This document shows positions 1 to 10,745 of a DNA stretch of 64,000 nucleotides, piece by piece. Position numbers and translations under genes: made by a program. The stretch covers positions 552,094 through 616,093 of the forward strand of contig RDEW01000030.1 in assembly GCA_011109175.1 (NCBI GenBank). Reading direction: 5' to 3'. The stretch comes from Dicyema japonicum (Eukaryota; Animalia; Dicyemida). Positions within the stretch are counted from its first letter, which is position 1, and every line of letters begins with the position of its first letter. A model generated the notes under the pieces. That model saw only the letters and a list, made by a program, of their open reading frames with translations. It did not search any database and was not told the DNA's origin.

Positions 1-324
1 CTTTGCTAGTATCTTCTGATTGTTTCTGATCCGCAGCACCGTTAGAGACTTGAGCAGGAGCGGCGATAGCCATGGAGGGAGCAGCCACAACGCCAGATAT
101 GATGCTCTGTACGTTAATCTTGCTGAAATATTCGGCATATTTCTCTAGAGAGGGTCAAATTAAGGAAATACTAGCAAGAAATGCCTTGCAGTTAATCGAC
201 GCCGCCCTCATTACTCTGGTGAGGTTATCAGCCTAAATATGATAAAATTTATCCGTACGGTGACTGGAGTATTCAAATCATTTAGAAGTAAAGCAGCGTA
301 TGTATACGACCTTAGTTCGTCCAT
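1..324 (-). CDS. RPLP1: 60S acidic ribosomal protein P1 (3' end outside window)
   Basis: ATG at 324. Exons 324-259, 232-172 and 144-1; GT-AG introns 258-233 (26 nt) and 171-145 (27 nt). Spliced product MDELRSYTYAALLLNDLNTPVTADNLTRVMRAASINCKAFLAKKYAEYFSKINVQSIISGVVAAPSMAIAAPA matches the P1 N-terminus and Ala-rich hinge. Confidence 0.85.
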
Positions 325-1199
325 CAAACACGTTTTTTAATTTAAAATTAATAAATTAATAAAATTAAAAAACATAAATTTAGAATTCTTAAAAATAAAA
401 ATTATGAAATCAACAAGGAAACCTCTGCTGAACAGAGAAAGGTAAATAAGTATTCACCCCTCAGGGATAGCTTCCGTGTATTCCCAATCCCCTTCGAAAC
501 CTCTGGAGCGGTAGAAAATCAAGAACGGGGAAGAAAGATCGCATCCATCTGAAGAGACGAAGACATTTACATTTGATTTGCTAATCCAATCGATAATCCA
601 ACTACAGCATTTGGCTGAATAAATTTATTTCCAAAAAATTACAAACTTTTACGCTTCTAAGAAGAGCTTTCAACTTAACTCGATGTTTTTCCTCGATCCA
701 ACACAAATCCGTGATCAAAGAGAACTTAATGGACACCCGAATCGTTTAGGCGAATTAGGGTTCGATTTATATCATAATTTCCTGGGCCTTTAAAGGAAAC
801 ATCAGATTATGAAGTCTATTAGGTATCAGGTTGCTTGGTGGTTCAGATGTCGTCACTAATAATACTCAGTTGGTTAGTTAGTTGAGTTATTATAAAGTAA
901 ACACTGCTAGTTAAGTTATGGGGGCAAAGTTTAGTTTGTTTGCCATTTTACTCTAAAGTAAATAAATGAAAATTCCGAAGACCATCGTAACGGTTCACAA
1001 ACTAACTATTCACATTATCCCAACACACTCCATCTGAGACCTCATTTTGATCTGACGTTTTCCCTTTAGTCCACATAAACAAATATTTGACGTATAACTG
1101 GATCTTCATAATTGAAAGGGAAGGCCTTCGGTTTTTACGGGTTAAAAATTCCGAGACGTTAGAGAGGAGTCTTTTTCGGAAGTCTATTGCTAGGAACAT

Positions 1200-2620
1200 T
1201 GAATGTCTTTTCTAGCTAGTTTCGATCAGGTCATATGTCCAAAAAGTGAATGAACCGGACGAGGCGCATGGTTAAGATGTATGGCTAATGGCTGTAGATA
1301 GTTTCTAAGATAGGTGATTTAGCCCCGAGAGACTTTTCAGTACGTTGGTCTTCTTTTTGCATTTGTGCCATATTTTTAGAGGCGATAAGCACATCTGCTT
1401 GTCAAAAATTCACCCTAATCTTTGTTTGATGAATAAATCGTTGTGACGGACTTTTCAAGTTTCAGGTTCTTCAATAACAAGGACTTTTCAGGATAGTGTG
1501 AATCTCCACACAGCTGAAGCATACTCTACAGTCGGCGATAATTTGTCAATATATTGTTGTGGTGGTTCGTCCAAGTTGATAAGACTGCTGGGATCCAATG
1601 CGTGATAGTATTCATTTTTGGAGTCCGTTCAAAAAAATATTTTTCTGTGGCTGGTGAAACACATAAACCTGTCATAGGTTACTCCCATAATCGTAGGAGA
1701 GTGTGTGACGGGTATTTGAATAGATCCAATTAAGATATTGGGTTCTCCGCCCGTCAGAGGTGAGTAGGGTACATTTTTTTGAACCAGAAAATCACCGTCA
1801 TAACCAAAATAAACAAAATTCAGGTGATCCCGGCTTCCCTCAACAGTCTTGGCATCTTTTCTCGGTGTTCCGACTGCGTTCCTGCGCATATTTGATATGG
1901 ACGGAGTCCGCATACTCGAGTCCTTCGCAGGGGCACTGTTCCAGTCGCCTCCATCATATTTTCATTTTGACTTGGGGGTTGATAGTAAAAGATGGCTGGA
2001 TACCAACTACTCGTGTATTCTGTCCAATTTCAGTTTGGTGTTGGTGACTGCAAAAGATGCAGGTCGGTTTCTCTTCGCAATAATGAAGTCATCCACATAG
2101 GGTAACAGAAGGGAATTGTCTTCATCTGCTTTATGTAGGTCATGCAGAAACAGGTAAAAAATGATGGAAAAAGTAGAGAGCCCTGGGGCATTCCATTTGG
2201 TAGTAATCTCAATCTTGAACTTGAGTTGCCGTAACAAACTCTTCCACGTCAGTCACGATAGAAGGTTCAATTTCTACAGCTTCAGATTGATAAATTTTGT
2301 CAATAAGATGTTTTCTTAACGCAACGTCGAAAGCCTTGTAGATATCAATGGAAACTACCACTGTCCACATTTGAGGCGTTCCACTTTAAAGGTGTCCACA
2401 GTATACTGTGACATCGCTGTTAGATGTGTCGTTGTCGATCTTCGGAACCAAATCCGTGTTGGAATTTCTACCGCGGGAGTGACCGGTAATTATCAAATGT
2501 GCTAGCTTTTCAAGTACTTTAGAGGGCATGTAAGTCAGCTAGATAGGTCGGTAGCAAGTGGGATCCCTTCCACTCTCCAGGATTCAGAATGGGAGAAATA
2601 ATTAAGTTCTTCAAACCTTG
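1200..2620 (-). mobile_element. Degraded I-group/Ingi-Vingi-like non-LTR retrotransposon (RT and C-terminal remnant)
   Basis: Frameshifted RT motifs: PNGMPQGS, YVDDFIIA, PTIMGVTYDRF and a PILxPG/YRPISL-like segment near 2520-2600. Boundaries approximate. Confidence 0.7.
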
Positions 2621-2646
2621 GGACTGATGTTATAGTTTATCACGTG

Positions 2647-2848
2647 AAGTATAAAATTTTGAAACAACTTTTAAATTTATTCTGTTTTAGCGTTTTCCAG
2701 AATGAGGCTCGCCTGGTTTTGCTATTTTTTGATACTCAACCTGATGTTTTTTATTAGCATTCACTGGGCCGACAAGTTGTTGGTCCATATGGTGGTATCG
2801 TTTCAAAAGGATTCTTCGTCTCTTGAAGGTGTCTCTTGAAGGCAGTTA
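2647..2848. repeat. About 190-bp direct repeat, copy 1
   Basis: Near-identical to 3631-3819, from AAGTATAAAATTTT to CTTGAAGGCAGTTA. This copy has an extra tandem TGTCTCTTGAAGG. Confidence 0.9.
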
Positions 2849-3164
2849 TCTACCACATACTTCTCCTAGTTCACAACAAAATCATATTTGATGTCTGAAC
2901 ATGCATGCTGTCGCCGCCTACCACGCCAAAGTTGATCGATTAAGGGAGCAGCAGTCATTTTCCATGTCCTACTTAATGACACTAGTCTTACATGTTAGTG
3001 AGGTTGGAAATACTTACCTAACTTGTGTCGACTTCTAATGACAAGGATAACCGCTCCACTGAAGGATGAGGAGAAGATATCGAAAAACAGAGAATTTTCC
3101 TACTATTCGTTTTTCCATTACCATTTTTTGACAAAACACGTTATATTTAACAATAAAATATTAT

Positions 3165-3620
3165 TTATTAACAATACGGGAAAGACGAAGTAAGCATTTC
3201 CGCGGACAAGTGCAAACCCAATTCGTTGCCTCAGCCAGACCGATCCCGCATTTTCTTACGATGGCGGCCAATTTCCCCCGATTCCTTCAGGAAAGACTGT
3301 GATACTTCCCGCAGCACCAGACGTTTTGATTGCCGCCGGTACAAAACGAAAGCGATCTCCAATTTCACCATATTTTTTAATCTTGATTTTTGACCAAATA
3401 GGCTGCCGAGCTGACATCATCGAGTTCGAGAAAGAATCCACACAAGTGCAGTCAGTCCCACACGAGCGATTTTTCCCTCAGAGAACGGAAGATCCTGTCT
3501 TTTCCCGTCTCCGCAGTCCAAACCCACGGGCTCCAGCACTGCCAGGAAACCTGCAGCTTCAAGAGCACGCATGATAATGTTGTTCATAGCAGCGTGGCGG
3601 GGTGCTCTGCCGCACTCCTT
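3165..3620 (-). mobile_element. CRE-type non-LTR retrotransposon C-terminal RLE remnant
   Basis: RHAAMNNIIMRALEAAG..LEPVGLDCGDGKR..VWD..KKY..RFVPAAIKTSG..RQRIGFALVRGNA matches the restriction-like endonuclease C-terminus of CRE-clade elements. Confidence 0.8.
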
Positions 3621-3630
3621 TTTGTACGAA

Positions 3631-3819
3631 AAGTATAAAATTTTAAGACAACTTTTAAATTTATTCTGTTTTAGCGTTTTCCAGAATGAGGCTCGCCTGG
3701 TTTTGCTATTTTGTGATACTCAACCTGATGTTTTTATTAGCATTCACTGGGCCGACAAGTTGTTCGTCCAATATGGTGGTATCGTTTCAAAAGGATTCTT
3801 CGTCTCTTGAAGGCAGTTA
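3631..3819. repeat. About 190-bp direct repeat, copy 2
   Basis: Near-identical to 2647-2848. Confidence 0.9.
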
Positions 3820-4086
3820 AAACGTGAATTTTATGTGGAAAAGAAGGGAATAAATATCCTGTTAGCCTTTTGGTGGATTCAATTTAATATTTTCGCAACT
3901 TCATTGAATAAGTTCGGTTGTGATAGGAGCTCTAACAGCTAATTTCATTACTGAAGTCTGTCAAATCCACCTTATTTTAGTTCTTGAATCACTTCACTTC
4001 CACTGTTGCATGTGGACCAGTAGGAATCCTCTCAGGTATAAAAAGATTGCATTGTGATCGATTAAAAAATCTTAATTCACTAGAGT

Positions 4087-5615
4087 GGATGCAACACACA
4101 AGAAACACTGGATGCAATTAAAAAATTGAAAAATGACAGATCGGCAGGACCAGAGAATATCCCAGCCGAACTTATAAAGTATGCCCCAGTGAAGTTGGTA
4201 ACAATCATTACCAATATACTCAACAAAATATTTGAAGAAAACACTACGTTAGACATTGGCAAGGGTTGGTTAATTCCACTGCAAAAACCGGGAAAACCCA
4301 AAGGGCCCCTTTCCAACCTAAGACCAATCATCCTACTAACTACGCTGCGAAAAATCTTGTCAATCATTACATTGGAAAGAATCAAAGACAAGGTGGAGTA
4401 TTTTCTGTCACCAGGACAAAGTGGTTTCCGGTCAGGCAGATCCACTGCCGATGTCATTTGGACACACAGATGGTCAAGTGCTCTATGCCAAAAATATAAA
4501 AAGTGCATAGATGTTCTCGGAATAGACATGTCCAGAGCGTTTGACTCAGTTCATAGAGGCAAACTTCTTGAAGTACTCACAAGCTTCCTAACAACGGATG
4601 ATGTCAAAATTATACAAAAACTACTGCAGAATACGCAACTAGCAACCAAACTCGGAAAAACTACTTCAGAATTCTTTTATACTTCACGTGGAATTCCGCA
4701 AGGAGACTCTTTGTCACCAGTTCTATTCATAATCTACCTGGAGGCTGCACTGAGAGATTTCAGGCCTTTAATTGAGAACAACAAAATAATCGAGTTAATA
4801 TATGCAGACGATCTTGACTTTGTTTCTGAAGATGTTGAAATTCTTCATCACGTTCTCAAGAACTTACCAAATGCCTTTTCTAAATGGTTCTTAGTTGTCA
4901 ACCAAGACAAAACTGAATATACAAAACTTGTACGAGTTGTACGCACTTACGATGAATCATGGAGAAGGCATAAAACAGTTGGTTCACTACTTGGAGACTC
5001 AGAAGATGTTACCCACAGATATATCCTTTCCACTGCTGCATATAAAAAATTCTTAACTATCTGGCGTTCTAAAATGAGCATAACTACGAATACAAAGCTA
5101 AAATTGTATAACATTCGTAGTTCCAGTCCTGACATACAACTGTGGGACATGGGGGATTACGAAACGGGAAATGGACAATCTGGATCAATTTTATAGAAAT
5201 CAACTAAGAAACATCTTGAGAATACATTTCCCGAAAAAGATATCAAATTCAGAACTGTACAAAAGATGTGGCTTAAGGCCATTATCAGAGGAGATTCTCA
5301 AGACTAGGTGGAGACTTTTTGGTCACATCTTACGAATGGATATGTTGACTCCACCAAACATTGCAATGGAGAACTATTTCGCACAACTGAAGGGATCATT
5401 CCGTGGCAGGCCTAGAGTGACGTTGCCTTCAGTACTAAATGATGACCTAATCCGAATAAACAAAACTCTACGAAATGGTGAAGATCTTGACTCACTACGA
5501 GCAATGGCCCGGAACAGGGGAACATGGAAAAGGATGTGTGGAGGATACTGGACGTGGCACAAGGGGAACTTAATTAATCTAATTAATTTTTGATTTCCCG
5601 GGAGTGCTTAAAAAA
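4087..5615 (+). mobile_element. 5'-truncated RTE-clade LINE with 13-bp TSD
   Basis: RT ORF 4126-5196 (GIDMSRAFDSV, GIPQGDSLSP, YADD) continues after a frameshift near 5113 into 5171-5593 (RWRLFGHILR, GRPR). Short A tail. AATTCACTAGAGT is duplicated at 4074-4086 and 5616-5628. Confidence 0.92.
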
Positions 5616-5695
5616 AATTCACTAGAGTTCGGCTAGTGAAGGAAAAATATGGTCAAATCCGGAGATGTACACGTGTCATTTCTTTTCAGTGGAGT

Positions 5696-5974
5696 TTATT
5701 CTGGAGGATCAGGTTTCCAATGAGGCTTGCAATTGACTTCTTCCGGTTGTCGGATGGTTAGCCGGACAGAATGCTTTCCATTTAGGTCGCTGCATATCAC
5801 TAAATTTTCCGGTTTAGATGTCAATCTCTTCCACGCACCTATGTTATTATCTAGAACTCTAAATGAGTCCAGGTGGTCAGTGGAATTCAGTTCTAGTCTT
5901 ACTTTTTTCAGGTCCTTTTGAAATACGACTGGCAATGTTACTCTAAACCGAATCAAAACCCCCATGGATTTCAA
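5696..5974 (-). mobile_element. RTE 3' remnant fused to an APE-domain shard
   Basis: RVTLPVVFQKDL..AWKRL (RTE C-terminus) followed by NLVICSDLNGKH (APE GDLN.KH motif). Confidence 0.55.
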
Positions 5975-5989
5975 TCGATCGCAATAAAG

Positions 5990-7500
5990 TTTTTAAGTTC
6001 CTAGGCTTTGACTCAAGTCCCCCCATAATAAAGTTTGTGAGGATTTGCAGATGCATACTTGTAGATAGGCATTTCTTAAATCCGTGCTGGATTCTTTAGG
6101 TAGATATAGGAAGCTCTTGTCCAAGACCATTTTCTCAAGAATTATTGACAATGCGCATAATAGGGATATTTGTCGATAAGAAGAGAACTCTATTGGTTTT
6201 CCAGGATAAGAAGAGAACTCTTTTGGTTTTCCAGGTTTCTTAACTGTGTGGATATGGGCCAACTTCCACATTGTTGGAATTGTGTTTCTTTTTATGGATA
6301 TGTTGCATATATGTTAGTGCTGAGTTCCCTGGGACCAAACTATTTGGTAACAATCATAGGAATTGTTATCTGGTCTGCTTAAGTAGGTTAGCTTTTGGGA
6401 TTTAATGGCATTTTCGACCTCCACAGGTGAGAATGATATATCATGACGACATCTTAGTTTTATCAAAGACAAGGGTGGACCCTCGTACTTTTTATGAGAT
6501 AAGTTGCTGTTCTTAGCGTAGAACTTGATCATTCTATCGGTTTCCTTATTGCTGAATTCAGGACTGTTTCTCTTTTGATTTTGAAGGGTTTTTCTCCATT
6601 TGTCCACTTTCTTTTTCTTAGAGATGTTCTTTATTTTTCTATCCAGCACTCGAATCCAATTATTGGGGATGGCATTGGATGCTTCTGAGTAGATTACGTT
6701 CATTCATAATCTTTTTTTGTTCAAAACATTTAATGTATGATTTGATTGATCTTTCTCTGATACTTTCATTGCCTGCTGGATCTTTCTGTTAACATGGGAA
6801 ACTGCATTATCAAGTGAATTGATGCGTAATGAATCGAAATCTACTAAGTTTATGTCAAAATATTGCGCAAAATCTTTCCAAATAACGGTACTGTTGTAAT
6901 CCAGAAAAATGTAAAACATCCAGAAGGAAACTCCTTTGGGCGGGAGGTGGTAAAAGGAATGTACATGTTTACAATTGTAATATTTCCTATGTTTGTTTGA
7001 ATGAAGATCCCAATTTATTCCACGGGCGATGGACGATCATAACGCGAAAACGTGTGACAGATCTCTCTCAATGACTCCTCTTCCACAGCCAAGCTGGCAA
7101 TCCTTTCTGATAACAATGTAACCCGGAAGTGTTGGAATGGAAGAAGAGAGGTCAGCTATGTCTTCTGTAGGAGGCACATGTCGACTTCACACTTCTTTAA
7201 AAAAGTTCTGAGCTCGATTATCTTCCCTCTCATTCCATTTATGTTGAGTTGAATGGTGGAGAAAGACTTCGCTAGTCCCGGATTAGGGTTGATGCCTCGA
7301 GAGATGATTAAGAGCGTTACTAACAGGTCAGATGAGTAATACAGAGAGAGCCTTCCAAAAAGACATTTTTCTTGGATTGGGATGAGCATATGGTCCTTTT
7401 TACTGTGTCTCTAATTCCACAGTCGCCTGCAGGAACGGAGAACCACATGACGCGCACTTATACAATCGATCTTCATGGAAAATGTCCAAGATATAAACGG
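5990..7500 (-). mobile_element. Degraded I-group/Ingi-Vingi-like LINE: 2A-like motif, APE, linker, RT N-terminus
   Basis: LLIISRGINPNPGL, QLNINGMRGK..LQKT (APE start) and KPGKP..SSYRQISLLCALS..LEKMV (RT start). A weak Cys-containing PHD-like remnant lies near 7400-7490. Confidence 0.75.
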
Positions 7501-7525
7501 GAAATTATAATTTTTATTTTATATA

Positions 7526-7860
7526 CCGTATTTTCCGGTGTATAAGTTGATCCCCTACTATTTACTTTGTAACCCTGTGATATTACGCGCCGAGAAGAGA
7601 CTAACAACAATGAACACTCTAGAAAGTGATTTATTTTTAGTTAAGAAACAATAAATTGGAATTATAAAGTGCTTACATCGAGTTCAAAATCCGTCTTCAT
7701 TGTCACTATTTCCAAAAAGCTCATTCCATTCATTTTCGTTTAGTCTGTCGTCATAAAGGGCATCTTCTTGGTCTTCTTTATCCTCAGTTTACTTCTCTTC
7801 CCAGATAAGGTCGTCTTCTGCTCCTTCGAGAGCGTTGGAAATGCAGCATTTCTTATCTTT
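7526..7860 (-). mobile_element. pogo/Tc2-like DNA transposon 3' end
   Basis: TA followed by terminal CCGTATTTTCCGGTGTATAAG at 7526. Transposase C-terminus KKCCISNALEGAEDDLIWE plus an acidic tail ends at TGA 7686-7684. Confidence 0.7.
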
Positions 7861-7864
7861 TCCT

Positions 7865-9950
7865 CTAATTGATCCATGCGCCACTCGATTCGCATCTTCC
7901 AGTGACGAGACAGGCACGTCTGTGTTGGTTTGATTGGTTCAGAAGCCTCTCATATTTATCCTCGCAAATGGTCCTGTAACGGAATTGTTTCTAATAGTGT
8001 CCCTGATAGCATCCTGTTTATTTGTTTGGTGATAGCCAACACGAGCCGGACCCCAGAGTTGCCCGTGTTATGAGAAATGAGATCTTTGAGGTGACCCGGG
8101 ACGGAGCCCCATCTATACCATTTTCAGGTTTAAAGTGGGTCTTACCAAAAGCAAAAGTGGGTCTTACCAAAAGCAAAGTGGGTCTTACCAAAAGCAAAGT
8201 GGTACTTACCAAAAGCAAAGTGGTACTTACAAAAGCAAAGTGGAACTTACCAAAAGCAAATTGGAACTTACCAAAAGCAAATTGGTACTTACCATAAGCA
8301 AAGTGGTACTTGTAGGATATAGACGCGTAATATTTTATCAGTGTGTCTGGTTTTATGTAGAGTCGACTTTTCTCTCTGGGGTGGATCTTTGGTGTTTAGA
8401 TCCACATCCATACTCTCTGCATTGGGGGTTTTTGTAGAGAGCCTTCGATAGTCTCGTCCATCTATTTGCATTTTCTGTCTTTATGTTGTTGTCGATCTCT
8501 GTGTTCTGCTCTCGTATTTTCCTGATGTTCTTTTCTGTTTGGCGATTTTACCATCTTTAGATTATTTCGTTCTCTGATCAGATGTTTCGTCGTTGTGTTG
8601 AATGTACTTCTTTTTCGCAGCGTTTATAATGGAGTTGAACCATTTCACTAATTGTTCGACGGAGGGAAAAGTGAGGAAATTTAATAGTCCAATACAATTA
8701 TCGACGTATTCTTTGAATCCTCTCCAATTCGCAAGGCTGAGTATGTTATCGTTGGGTATTGTCCTTTTATCCGTGACCTCGTTTTGAACTCCAAAAATAT
8801 TGGATTGTGGTCACTCCTGGGGTCATACTTCACTGACCAGTCAATAAGAGGGGCCACTGATAAATATTACGCGTCTATATCCTACAAGTACTACTTTGCT
8901 TTTGGTAAGTACCACTTTGCTTTTGGTAAGTTCCACTTTGCTTTTGGTAAGTTCCACTTTGCTTTTGGTAAGTACCACTTTGCTTTTGGTAAGTACCACT
9001 TTGCTTTTGGTAAAACCACTTTAAACCTGAAATGGTATAGTCTTCCACTGCTGCTCGGGACGAAAGAGAGAATCCCATCTTTTACGTCCTCTTCAGAAAC
9101 AAGTAGATTGGGTAATTGTCCTGGGCAAGGAGTAATCTGATGGTCGTAGGGATTACTTGGATGTCGCTTAACAAGTGATGCGTAGGACTGTTCAGACGGC
9201 TCAATTATACATTATTGATCTGCAAGGATCCTCACGGCTGCATGGATGCCACCTTTGAAAATTTTTGACGGATCGCACTTTTTAATCTTTGAGTGTCCGA
9301 GATAGTCGATGCTGGCTTGTAGGTGACCTTTTCTGAGTCTGCCAATAGGTTCCTTGAGAAGAATGTGTGGACATTCTCCTTTACTAATGACGTAGGTAAT
9401 TTCTCTTCTTTCCCCCTCCTATGGGGTATGCATAGTGTGAATGGAGCGAATCAAAATAATCGTACCCAATCCTCAGAGTCGTCCGAAGAAACTGCCTTTT
9501 CAATAAACTCACCTAGGCAGTCTGCGACAGATATACGGGCAGTTTTGAGAATCCTGATTAGGAGTCTTCGTGTGTGTGTCAGGATTGAGATCAATTCAAG
9601 TATTTCCTGATGGTCTAGTGGAACATGTTCAGAAGGGTAGCTTAGAGAATAGTTTATCATATTGAGACAAGACCGACAGTCTCAATCGGAAATGGCAGCC
9701 AGGGCTCTTTTAGTCATTCCGGTACAGGACATGTGGAAGCCACACGAACAGGCTGTGCAATGGATCATCCGCTTTTTTTGTTCATTATGTTGCATTTTTT
9801 GCAGATCTCATCTTCTTTTGCAGGTTTCTGCATGTTCTTTTCTGATTTTCCATTCTTTTTCTTTTCTTTTCTCTTAGCACCACAAAGACCACAACGAGCA
9901 ATTGCGTAATCCCCAAATATTCCACAAAATCGGCCCACTTGTCAGCAAAA
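7865..9950 (-). mobile_element. CRE-type non-LTR retrotransposon with N-terminal PHD finger, internally deleted and interrupted at 8116-9037
   Basis: PHD-like CKKC..HCTACSCGFHMSC..DCRSC (9660-9830). ARISVADCL..W. GGIHAAVRIL..VSEEDVKDGILSFVPSSSGRL, then the insertion, then DGLRP.HLKDL. CESSGAWIN near 7870. Confidence 0.75.
8116..9037. mobile_element. Foldback-type non-autonomous element with long modular TIRs and TA target duplication
   Basis: Inverted repeats 8116-8343 and 8855-9037 with TACCATTT termini, holding 8 and 6 copies of a ~21-bp unit CTTACCAAAAGCAAAGTGGTA. TA at 8114-8115 and 9038-9039. The spacer is a minus-strand LINE APE-end/linker fragment (SDHNPIFL, LANWRGF). Confidence 0.85.
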
Positions 9951-10745
9951 CTCAAAATAACTGAAACTCAGCCGAAACAAAAAGAATTCACAGAGAAACC
10001 CGATCGACTTTAAAAGGTTTTGATTTTCAAAAAATGATTGGTCAGTTCCTGAAAAATTTCCTAGCTACTTGAGCCGAGTAAAACAGGATAGAGGGGAGTA
10101 TAAGCTAGACAAAAATAATATAACGTCTAATATTGAAAACTTGAGGAATTTACATCAAATTGATCCGAACCTGTTTCAGTATAAATTTAGATTTCATTCT
10201 TCCTCTCAGTTTCCTTTCTACAATTACTCCAACACCTTGACGTAAGAGGTAAGGATCTGCTTTTTCTTAAAGATGACGGCTATCAACCGCCTCTCTTGTT
10301 ATGTGACGTTAGGTCATATTCCAGGAGAATACTCATTTAATGACTCGTTGAAAACTAATATAAGGGAATGGAGGCATAAGAAGGATTTTAATGACATTCT
10401 GTTTTGAAAGACTTGTACTCTTCGCGGGATCCTCTTTCCTACTATCATTACTCCAGCATCTTGGGCAAAAGGCCTGCTTCTTACTGATGACAATATCTGC
10501 CTCTTAACCGCCTCTCTTTTTTCAATTTCTCCTCAGGTCCCATCTTGGTGAGAATAGAGCGCAAATCACGTGTTTCCAGTATCCAATTGAAAGATAAGTA
10601 GTAAGTGGTTCCACGTGTACAGCGAAAATAGACAAAACTGTCCTTTTGTACAGTTAAACTATTTAACAACCAAAACACTTGAATTACACAAACAGTTGCA
10701 ATAATTAACTTGAAACATTAATATAATTGTTTCCGTAGAAACGAT

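Noticed and set aside
8135-9140. ORFs with YHFAFGK / VVLTKSK / TYQKQSG repeats, and a CRISPR-like appearance
   Set aside because: They are translations of the 21-bp tandem arrays. The units are contiguous with no spacers, there are no cas genes, and the context is eukaryotic.
10230-10680. Two weakly similar ~90-bp segments and a 65-aa minus-strand ORF
   Set aside because: Similarity is low and no consistent spliced ORF could be built.
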